A stretch of 64,000 bases of DNA from Isosphaeraceae bacterium (GTDB lineage Bacteria > Planctomycetota > Planctomycetia > Isosphaerales > Isosphaeraceae). Location of the stretch: contig CBDAVP010000007.1 in assembly GCA_965201075.1 (NCBI GenBank), forward strand, positions 62,001-126,000. Reading direction: 5' to 3'. This document shows positions 12,059-20,013 of the stretch, one piece after another (positions within the stretch are counted from its first letter, which is position 1; every line of letters starts with the position of its first letter). The notes beneath the pieces are model-generated. The model was not told the origin of the DNA. It was given only the letters and a program-made list of their open reading frames with translations, and made no database searches. The position numbers and the translations under genes were made by a program.

Positions 12059-14589
12059 CCTCCGCCCCGACGCCCCGCGACCGGACCCCCTCGACATGGT
12101 GGCGGGCGTGGCCGTATGTCGCCTTGATCCTCCTGCCGATGGCCTGCGCCTTCCGCCTCGTCCTGGACCCGTCGGCCCTCCTCGTCGATGGCCAGAACCC
12201 CAGCCTCGACAACGCTCAGAAAATCGAGACACCGGCCGTCGGCAACGACTTGACCCGCCTCTTTCTCCCCCACCACTCGGCGATGGCCCGGCGAGTCGCG
12301 AATCACGGACACCTGCCCGGCTGGGACCCTCGCGGCTTCGGCGGCCGCCCCGCCATCGGCAACCCCCAGGGCGGACTCTTCTACCCCCCCATCTGGCTCG
12401 CATGGCGATTCTGGAGTCCCTCCGCTCTTGGCTGGTTGACCTTGGCCCATCTCGCGTTCGCCGGAATTGGGGCCTATACGCTCGCCCGTGCGTCCAGCCT
12501 TTCGGTTCTAGCGTCCACAATCGCGGGCGGAATTTTCGAGGCGTGCCCTTACGTCCTCGGACACGTCGTCGCGGGCCACTATCCGCACGTCTGGGCCGCC
12601 GCCTGCTATCCCTGGGCCTTCCTGGCGGCGTCTCGGGCCCGCCAGGGCGACTGGTGGGGAATTCTCTCGTTACCCCCGGTTCTGGCGATGGCCATGCTTG
12701 CCGGCCATCCTCAGCCGGGGTATTACCTGGCCATCACCCTGGGGGCCTGGGGACTTTGGGATTTCCATCGCTCCACCCGGTTGGGTCAGCGTCCCCGGGC
12801 GTTCCGGCAACTGGCCACCTGGGCAGCAATCGCCGCGGCCACGGCAGGGCTCCTCGCCGTCGAGGTCGCTCCCGACCTGGCCTCCCGAAGTTGGGGCTTG
12901 CGAGGTGGGAAGCTCGGGCTCGACGATGCCGGCAAGTATCACCTCAACCCCGCGAACCTGCTCCAACTGTTGAGTCCACGTGCCCTTGGAGCGCCCGCGA
13001 ACTATTTCGGTCACGACAACTCGTGGGAAGCCCAACTCGGCCTGGGATGGATTCCGCTGGTCCTGGCGGGGCTGGGCGTCGCCCTCTCGTGCAGGAGGGA
13101 CCTGGTTCGAGGCTGGGGCGCCTTGCTAGGAGGCTCGTTGGCCTTCGCCGCCGGCTGGCGACTGGGCCTTTTCGCGATTCTGTACGAACTGCTCCCAGGG
13201 ATGAACCAGTTGCGCGCCCCCGGCCGAGCCCTGTTTCTGGCCAATCTCGCCGCCGCGATGCTCGCTGGCCTGGGAGTCGACGCCCTCGCCTCGGCCCTCT
13301 CGTCTGACTGGAATACCTGGCTCCGTCGGTCCCGGGCGATCGCGATCGTGGCGATCCTCACGTTATTTGTGGTCGGAATCGCCGCTCCAGAACCCACGCC
13401 CCTCATCCCCGCGGCATCGAGGACCGGCCGACCCGTCCATCGTCGAGCCCATCCCGACCAGGAATTCGCGATCTGGGGAAAGTCCGCCAGAAGCCTCGCG
13501 ATCGATCCGGTTTTCGTGCTGGCCCTGAGCGCGACGGCGGGAGTCCTGATCTGGGTCAAGCGAAGCCCGGCCAACTGTCCCAGGGCCGCCCTTGCCCTCG
13601 GTGCCCTTGCCCTGGCGGAGCTGGCCGTTCATGGGGCGATCGCGCTCAAGGCGTCCCCCTCGTCTCGATTCGATCGGCCCGACGCCCTCGATGCCGACGT
13701 CGCCCGACTGCTGCCCGAGGGTGGCCCCTGGCGAATCCGCGCCCGGGATGCCGCCTACGACGACCTCCGCGCCTCCCGGGCCGGAGTCGAGAAAACCAAC
13801 ATTCACGACTCCTTCCAGCTCCAGCACGCCGCCGACCTTTACCAGGCGCTCTACCCGATCTTCGACCCGCCCGGCCGCTCCGGCGTCATCCCCGCCGAGG
13901 TCCGTCAAGCGGTCCTCGACCGCATGGGGGTCGCTCTACTCATCACCGACCGACCCGATCCCAACGTCCCTTGGCCCGTCGTGGCCCGCGGGCAATCCGC
14001 CCACTCGGCGTACTTCATCCACCGCAATCCGACCGCCCTGCCCCGGGCCTACGTTGTCCCCCGGGCCGAAGTCGTCGCGACCGGCGAGTGCTCCCGCGAT
14101 CGGCTTTCGAGAATCGACCCCCGCGCCGCGGTCCTCCTCCCGCATGACCCCCTGGCCAGACACCAGGGCCCCCGGCAACCGTTCCGGCCCGTTCACTACC
14201 GCGCCGATGACCCCGATCGCGTTGTGGTGGAGGCGACCACCACCGCCCCCGGCCTGCTCGTCGTGGCCGACACCTGGATGCCAGGATGGTCGGCCAAACT
14301 CGATGGCAGACCTGTATCCCTCCTCGAAGGCGACCTGGCCCACCGAGTCGTCGTTCTGCCGACCGCCGGCACCCATCAAGTCGTCATGACCTACCAACCC
14401 CCGGGCGCTGCTCTCGGCCGGGCTATCAGCACGTTCACCGCCTTCGCCTGGACGTTGACCGGCCTGGTCCTCCTCCTCGCGAAGGGGACCTCAAAAGCCA
14501 CCCTCCACGGTCGAGCCCGCTCCCCCATCCGCCCGCCGCTCACCCGCCCTCGCGGCTACCCAATCGCCGGAATTCACCCTTTGCCTTGA
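12055..14589 (+). CDS. YfhO-family polytopic membrane protein (GT-C-like)
   Basis: LPGWDPRGFGGRPAIGNPQGGLFYPP, GHPQ, many TM segments, C-terminal LLVVADTWMPGWSAKLDG..GTHQVVMTYQP. Confidence 0.82.
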   Translation: MTSAPTPRDRTPSTWWRAWPYVALILLPMACAFRLVLDPSALLVDGQNPSLDNAQKIETPAVGNDLTRLFLPHHSAMARRVANHGHLPGWDPRGFGGRPAIGNPQGGLFYPPIWLAWRFWSPSALGWLTLAHLAFAGIGAYTLARASSLSVLASTIAGGIFEACPYVLGHVVAGHYPHVWAAACYPWAFLAASRARQGDWWGILSLPPVLAMAMLAGHPQPGYYLAITLGAWGLWDFHRSTRLGQRPRAFRQLATWAAIAAATAGLLAVEVAPDLASRSWGLRGGKLGLDDAGKYHLNPANLLQLLSPRALGAPANYFGHDNSWEAQLGLGWIPLVLAGLGVALSCRRDLVRGWGALLGGSLAFAAGWRLGLFAILYELLPGMNQLRAPGRALFLANLAAAMLAGLGVDALASALSSDWNTWLRRSRAIAIVAILTLFVVGIAAPEPTPLIPAASRTGRPVHRRAHPDQEFAIWGKSARSLAIDPVFVLALSATAGVLIWVKRSPANCPRAALALGALALAELAVHGAIALKASPSSRFDRPDALDADVARLLPEGGPWRIRARDAAYDDLRASRAGVEKTNIHDSFQLQHAADLYQALYPIFDPPGRSGVIPAEVRQAVLDRMGVALLITDRPDPNVPWPVVARGQSAHSAYFIHRNPTALPRAYVVPRAEVVATGECSRDRLSRIDPRAAVLLPHDPLARHQGPRQPFRPVHYRADDPDRVVVEATTTAPGLLVVADTWMPGWSAKLDGRPVSLLEGDLAHRVVVLPTAGTHQVVMTYQPPGAALGRAISTFTAFAWTLTGLVLLLAKGTSKATLHGRARSPIRPPLTRPRGYPIAGIHPLP

Positions 14590-14675
14590 CGTCGCTCCTG
14601 GCAAGTTGATAATTTGGGTAAAATGGGCCTAACTTGAGCGGCATCGAGAGAGGGGTCGACCTTCCGACCTCACCC

Positions 14676-15371
14676 ATGAACTACATGAATCTGATGGTCT
14701 TGCTCGACGGGGCGAACTGGTTTCTGGACCGGCACGTCGGGGGGGATCGCCGTCCCGTCTTCTTTGATCTGTCGAAGACATATCCTCCTTTGCTGGAACT
14801 GGACCGGCACGTCGACGAGATTCGCGAGGAGGTCCGCGGTCTGCTGACCCAGAAGCAGACAATTCCGAAGTATCACGAAGTCGACCGGATGCAGCATTAC
14901 ATCTCCGGTCGGTTCGATGCGGACAAGGATTGGAAAGTCTTCTACCTGTACGCGATGGGCGAGAAACCGGACGCCAATCGGTCCAGGTGCCCCAGAACCT
15001 CCGCGTTGCTCGACGGCGTCCCCGACCTCTTCCAGGCGTTCTTCTCGATCCTCGACGGCGGAAAGTCGATTCCTGCCCACCGAGGTCCGTATCGGGGCTA
15101 CCTGCGCTACCACCTTGGCCTGATCGTCCCGCCGGTCGACCCTCCGTCCCTGCGGGTCAAGGATCAGCACTACACCTGGCAGGAAGGGCAGAGCGTTCTT
15201 TTCGATGATAGTTGGGACCACGAGGTCATCAACTGTTGCGCTTCGGAACGGGTCGTGCTGATCGTCGACGTCCGCCGGCCGATGCCGTTCATCTTCGACC
15301 GCTTCAATCGCTTTGCCGAGTGGGTCATGCGACAGGTCTATGGTAAGCAGATTCTGAAGAAACTGGCATGA
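14676..15371 (+). CDS. Aspartyl/asparaginyl beta-hydroxylase family 2OG-Fe(II) dioxygenase
   Basis: WKVFYL, CPRTSALL, AFFSIL..IPAHRGPYRGYLRYHLGL, FDDSWDHEV, RVVLIVDVRRP. Confidence 0.9.
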   Translation: MNYMNLMVLLDGANWFLDRHVGGDRRPVFFDLSKTYPPLLELDRHVDEIREEVRGLLTQKQTIPKYHEVDRMQHYISGRFDADKDWKVFYLYAMGEKPDANRSRCPRTSALLDGVPDLFQAFFSILDGGKSIPAHRGPYRGYLRYHLGLIVPPVDPPSLRVKDQHYTWQEGQSVLFDDSWDHEVINCCASERVVLIVDVRRPMPFIFDRFNRFAEWVMRQVYGKQILKKLA

Positions 15372-15701
15372 TCTTCCCAACTTCATGTTCGGAGAACCCA
15401 CCAGGGATGCAACCCGCAGCCAACCCGTGGAAATTTCGCCGCGTCGACCGCTTGGCATGACGGTCGCTTGCATGTCTCGTCCCCCCAACGGCCTGCCCGC
15501 CGACCTCGCCTCGTTCTGCTTTAGGGAAGACCGTGGCGATTGGGCTTCATGACGTCGTAGACTCGAAAGACTCGTTCGCCAGGGCTGCCTCGCTCGGCTG
15601 GCCCTGGCTTCACGGATCTTTCGCTCGACGCGTCCGGTGGGACCGGCCGCGAGTGGAGTGGGATCGTGATCGGTTAGCGATTCGAGAGGGGGGGCGGTGC
15701 G

Positions 15702-16529
15702 ATGAATGTGCTGGTCATCGACGTCGGCGGACATCACGTCAAGATCCTGGCTACCGGCGAGCAGGAAAAGCGTGAGTTCGAGTCGGGCCCGGACCTGGCG
15801 GCGGAACAGATGGTCGATGGCGTCCGAAAACTGGCGGAAGGTTGGTCCTACGAGGCGATCTCGATGGGCTACCCCGGTCCGGTCCTTCGTGGCCACCCGG
15901 TTGCCGAGCCGGTCAACCTTGGCAAGGGGTGGGTGGGCTTCGATTTCGAGAAGGCGTTTGGCGTCCCGATCAAGATCATTAACGACGCGGCGATGCAGGC
16001 GGTGGGCAGCTATGAAGGCGGGCGAATGCTGTTCCTGGGGCTCGGCACGGGCCTGGGTTCGGCCATGATCGTTGAGGGGGTCGTGGAACCCCTGGAGCTG
16101 GCCCATCTGCCCTACCGCAAGGCCACGTTCGAGGATTACGTGGGGATTCGCGGCCTCGACCGTCTGGGCAAGAAGCGTTGGCGGCGACGAGTGGCCGACG
16201 TGGTCAAGGCGTTCGAGGCGGCCCTCCAGCCGACCGACGTGGTCATTGGCGGTGGAAACGTGACCAAACTCAAGGAGATGCCCCCGGGCACCCGCGCTGG
16301 CGACAACGCGAATGCCTTCATCGGAGGCTTTCGGCTCTGGGACGACGGCTGCGGAATCCAGACCAACGCCATCCCCGTCCATGGGGCCGAGAAAGACGAA
16401 GCCAGGACGCCGACGGACGAAAACGAGGGAGAACACTCCGAAGCCCCGCACGACGGCGATTCGGGAACCCCGGCCGATGCGGCTTTGGATTCGCGGGTGC
16501 TCTCGGGAGCCCAGGAACAGAATTCCTGA
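15702..16529 (+). CDS. ppgK: Polyphosphate glucokinase (ROK family)
   Basis: VLVIDVGGHHVK, INDAAMQA, LGLGTGLGSA, ELAHLPY; lies upstream of gnd and zwf. Confidence 0.82.
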   Translation: MNVLVIDVGGHHVKILATGEQEKREFESGPDLAAEQMVDGVRKLAEGWSYEAISMGYPGPVLRGHPVAEPVNLGKGWVGFDFEKAFGVPIKIINDAAMQAVGSYEGGRMLFLGLGTGLGSAMIVEGVVEPLELAHLPYRKATFEDYVGIRGLDRLGKKRWRRRVADVVKAFEAALQPTDVVIGGGNVTKLKEMPPGTRAGDNANAFIGGFRLWDDGCGIQTNAIPVHGAEKDEARTPTDENEGEHSEAPHDGDSGTPADAALDSRVLSGAQEQNS

Positions 16530-16612
16530 GCCGAGCCCAGTGGCGAGATTTTCAGTACGAGCAGGCTCGGAGTCGATCCGGGCCTTCCTTCCAGAATTCA
16601 GGGGAAATCGCG

Positions 16613-17632
16613 ATGCAACTGGGGATGATCGGCCTGGGTCGGATGGGCTCGAACATGGTTCGCCGCCTCATGAAGGCCGGCCACGAGTGCGTCGTCTACG
16701 ACACGCACGCCGACGTCGTCAAGGATCTCGCGAATGAAGGTGCCAGGGGAACCTCCTCGATGAAGGAGTTCCTCGGCGCGCTTTCCAAGCCTCGGGCGAT
16801 CTGGATGATGGTCCCAGCGGCCGTCGTCGACAAGATGCTCACCGAGATTGGTCCCCAACTCGAATCCGGCGACATCCTCATCGACGGGGGAAATTCCTAC
16901 TACGTCGACGACATCCACCGCGCCGAGCAGTTCAAGGGCAGCGGTATCCACTATGTCGATGTTGGCACCAGCGGCGGCGTCTGGGGTATCGATCGCGGCT
17001 ACTGCATGATGATCGGTGGTGAAATCGAGCCGGTGAAGCACCTCGATCCGATTTTCGCCACCTTGGCCCCCGCGGTTGACTCCGCCGAACGCACTCCCGG
17101 CCGAGAGGGCCAGTCCACCACCGCCGAGCACGGCTACCTCCACTGCGGACCCAGCGGAGCCGGGCACTTCGTCAAGATGGTGCACAACGGCATCGAATAC
17201 GGCGTCATGGCCGCCTACGCCGAGGGCCTGGCCGTTTTGGCCCACGCCAACATCGGCAAGAAGTCGCAGACCGACGACGCCGAAACCACTCCCCTCCGCG
17301 ATCCGAAGCTTTATCAGTATGACCTGAACATCCCCGATGTCGCCGAAGTCTGGCGACGAGGCAGCGTCATCGGCTCCTGGCTGCTCGACCTGACAGCCTC
17401 GGCCCTCCTGAAAGATCCCCAACTCGAGAACTTCGAGGGGCGAGTCTCTGACTCCGGCGAAGGGCGATGGACCATCAAGGCCGCTATCGACGAAGCCGTG
17501 CCAGTGCCGGTCTTGACAACGGCTCTCTATGAAAGGTTCGCCTCCCGAGGCGAGGCCGGCTTCTCCGACAAGCTCCTCTCGGCCATGAGGTACGAGTTCG
17601 GCGGTCACAAGGAAAAATCGGCCAACTCCTGA
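16613..17632 (+). CDS. gnd: 6-phosphogluconate dehydrogenase, decarboxylating (short form)
   Basis: MQLGMIGLGRMG, IDGGNS, DVGTSGGVWG, GAGHFVKMVHNGIEYG, DSGEGRWT, FGGH. Confidence 0.97.
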   Translation: MQLGMIGLGRMGSNMVRRLMKAGHECVVYDTHADVVKDLANEGARGTSSMKEFLGALSKPRAIWMMVPAAVVDKMLTEIGPQLESGDILIDGGNSYYVDDIHRAEQFKGSGIHYVDVGTSGGVWGIDRGYCMMIGGEIEPVKHLDPIFATLAPAVDSAERTPGREGQSTTAEHGYLHCGPSGAGHFVKMVHNGIEYGVMAAYAEGLAVLAHANIGKKSQTDDAETTPLRDPKLYQYDLNIPDVAEVWRRGSVIGSWLLDLTASALLKDPQLENFEGRVSDSGEGRWTIKAAIDEAVPVPVLTTALYERFASRGEAGFSDKLLSAMRYEFGGHKEKSANS

Positions 17633-17693
17633 GCGACCCCGGACGGTCGGCCCACTCTCCTTCCCCTTTTTCGCCGGTGGAGCTCCCTCCGCG

Positions 17694-19073
17694 ATGACCT
17701 CCCCGAAATCCGACGCCCTGGTCTTCTTCGGAGCGACCGGCGACCTGGCGTTCAAGCAGATCTTCCCCGCGCTCCAGGCGATGGCGCGTCGCGGGCACCT
17801 TGACCTGCCCGTCATCGGCGTGGCCAAGGCCGGCTGGGATCTCGATCGCCTCCGCCAACGGGCCCACGAAAGCCTGGAAACGCACGGAGGCGTCGACGAG
17901 GACGCCTTCAATCGCCTCCTCAAGAACCTGGACTACCTCGACGGCGACTACGAGGATCAGGCTACCTTCACTGAACTCCGCAAGAAACTCGGCGACGCCC
18001 AGCACCCCGCCCACTACCTGGCGATCCCGCCCTCCCTGTTTGGCCATGTTGTTGAGCAACTCGGCAAATCGGGCTGCGCTCAGGGGGCCCGGGTCATCGT
18101 CGAGAAACCATTTGGCCACGACCTCGACTCAGCCCGCGAGTTGAATCAGGTCCTGCTCGCCAACTTCGACGAGGCGTCGATCTTCCGCATCGACCACTAC
18201 CTGGGTAAGCGGCCCGTCGAGAACCTTCACTACTTCCGTTTCGCCAATGGCTTCCTCGAACCGATCTGGAACCGTCACCACGTCAAAAGTATCCAGATCA
18301 CCATGGCCGAGGAGTTCGGCGTCTCCGACCGGGGGTCCTTCTACGACGCCAACGGTGCCCTTCGCGACGTGGTCCAGAATCACCTCCTCCAGGTCGTCTC
18401 CTACCTGGCGATGGAACCGCCCGTGGGGCACGGTGACGAATCCCTCCGAGACGAGAAGGCCAAGGTCCTCCGCGCCGTCGCGCCACTCGACGGCGACTCC
18501 ACCGTCCTCGGCCAGTTCCGAGGTTATCGCGACGTCAAAGGGGTGAAGCCCGACTCGCGGGTGGAGACCTTCGCCGCCATTCGCCTCGACGTCCAGACCT
18601 GGCGTTGGGAAGGCGTCCCCTTCTACATCCGCACCGGGAAATGCCTGCCCGAGACCTGCACCGAGGTCCTGGCGACCTTCCGCAAGCCGATCGCCGTCTA
18701 CGGCCAGGCCCCCAACCCCAACCATCTGCGGTTCCGCCTCTCCCCCAAGATCGAGATTGGCCTGGGTGTCGAGATCATGGGTCCTGACGAGGAGATGAAG
18801 GGGAAGTCGGTCGAACTTCTGATCGATCATCAGGAAGTCCCCCACGAGATCCAGCCCTACGAACGCCTGCTCGATGAGGCGATGCGCGGCAACCAATCCC
18901 TGTTCGCCCGCGAAGACACCGTGGAACTCGCCTGGCAAATCGTCGACCCCGCACTCGACGGCGCCATGCCGACTCACGACTACGAACCCGGCTCCTGGGG
19001 CCCACCCGAGGCCGATTCCCTGCTGCGTGACGGCGACCAGTGGCACGCTCCGGAGTTGAAAACCGGAACGTGA
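17694..19073 (+). CDS. zwf: Glucose-6-phosphate 1-dehydrogenase
   Basis: FGATGDLA, EKPFG, RIDHYLGK, RDVVQNHLLQ, RWEGVPFYIRTGK. Confidence 0.97.
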   Translation: MTSPKSDALVFFGATGDLAFKQIFPALQAMARRGHLDLPVIGVAKAGWDLDRLRQRAHESLETHGGVDEDAFNRLLKNLDYLDGDYEDQATFTELRKKLGDAQHPAHYLAIPPSLFGHVVEQLGKSGCAQGARVIVEKPFGHDLDSARELNQVLLANFDEASIFRIDHYLGKRPVENLHYFRFANGFLEPIWNRHHVKSIQITMAEEFGVSDRGSFYDANGALRDVVQNHLLQVVSYLAMEPPVGHGDESLRDEKAKVLRAVAPLDGDSTVLGQFRGYRDVKGVKPDSRVETFAAIRLDVQTWRWEGVPFYIRTGKCLPETCTEVLATFRKPIAVYGQAPNPNHLRFRLSPKIEIGLGVEIMGPDEEMKGKSVELLIDHQEVPHEIQPYERLLDEAMRGNQSLFAREDTVELAWQIVDPALDGAMPTHDYEPGSWGPPEADSLLRDGDQWHAPELKTGT

Positions 19074-19201
19074 ACCGCGAACTGTCCGGCCCTGGCCCAG
19101 TCCGAAATCGAGCCATGCACGCTTCGGTCCGTTTGACTCTGTCGATCGGCGATTTAAGCTACCCTCGGGCACATCCAGACAAGCGCCTGGGGGTAAGGCA
19201 C

Positions 19202-19858
19202 ATGACGGGTCCACGCAGAGCATCCCGTTCCGCGACTCCGGCGGTCGAGGGCTGCGAGGGCCGATCGCTGGCCACATCGCTCGTTTTCATCTTCAATGGC
19301 AACGGTTACGGGGACGCCAAGCCAACCTCGCTGACAGCTAACGCCGCGTCCGTGATCCGACAAGCCGGCTTCCGCCCGGTCCAGCTCGCCTACCCGGCCC
19401 TCGGTTCGCCAGCGGTCATCAACAACGTCGCCCGCCAGATTGAGCGGATCAGTCACGGAGCCCCCGTCGGTCTCGTGGGCTTCAGCGCCGGCGGCAGCCT
19501 GGCCGAGCGATTGGCCGGCATTCCAGGCGTCAATGCCAAGGCCGTCCTCGCGGACTACAGTCCGCCCGACCTTCGCGATTACCTCGCCTTCCACGGCCAC
19601 GACCACTTCAGCACCTACGTCGTTCAGCACGGCCACTTCAACACCGCGGCGTATGGCGCCCTCAGTGGACCAGTCCAAACCTCGGCCCACATGGTGGCGG
19701 CATTTGGCACCCGGGACGTGAATATCGTCGCGAACGCGTTTGAACCAAGTTTCCGCCGCGACTTCCCCGACGGCACGGTCTACGAATACAACGGCCCCCA
19801 CGGCGTCGCGATCAACGCCAGCGTCCCCGCGCTTCACGACTTCCTGACCCACCTCTAA
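19202..19858 (+). CDS. Alpha/beta-hydrolase-like protein with an N-terminal planctomycete LExR-type motif
   Basis: RRASR..VEGCEGRSLAT leader; nucleophile elbow VGFSAGG; later Asp (GTRD) and His (GPHG). Confidence 0.6.
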   Translation: MTGPRRASRSATPAVEGCEGRSLATSLVFIFNGNGYGDAKPTSLTANAASVIRQAGFRPVQLAYPALGSPAVINNVARQIERISHGAPVGLVGFSAGGSLAERLAGIPGVNAKAVLADYSPPDLRDYLAFHGHDHFSTYVVQHGHFNTAAYGALSGPVQTSAHMVAAFGTRDVNIVANAFEPSFRRDFPDGTVYEYNGPHGVAINASVPALHDFLTHL

Positions 19859-19909
19859 TCCGCCGAGACGATCGACGGTTTCCCGTCCAAAAAGCACCGC
19901 CCACGCCAG

Positions 19910-19949
19910 GTCGGCGGCTCTGGTCAGGACCGTTTTGACCAGCGCCGAC
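19910..19949. terminator. Hairpin between convergent genes
   Basis: GTCGGCG-gct-CTGGTCA..TGACCAG-CGCCGAC inverted repeat; no clear U-tract. Confidence 0.4.
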
Positions 19950-20013
19950 GACCATCACGTCCCTGGGGCCGGCCGACAGTCCCTGGACCCGCCACCTGGA
20001 AAACCAAGGCCAA

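Noticed and set aside
15372..15701. Riboswitch or sRNA in long intergenic gaps (also 26335-26595 and 61782-62071)
   Set aside because: Only generic GC hairpins seen; no TPP, cobalamin, SAM or c-di-GMP consensus recognised; an Rfam scan would be needed
14670..16451. 593-aa minus-strand ORF, and similar long antisense ORFs (16598-17923, 20905-22461, 26542-27912, 38552-40042, 47557-48840, 51134-52441)
   Set aside because: Shadow frames opposite well-supported genes; high GC3 suppresses antisense stops and no motifs are recognisable
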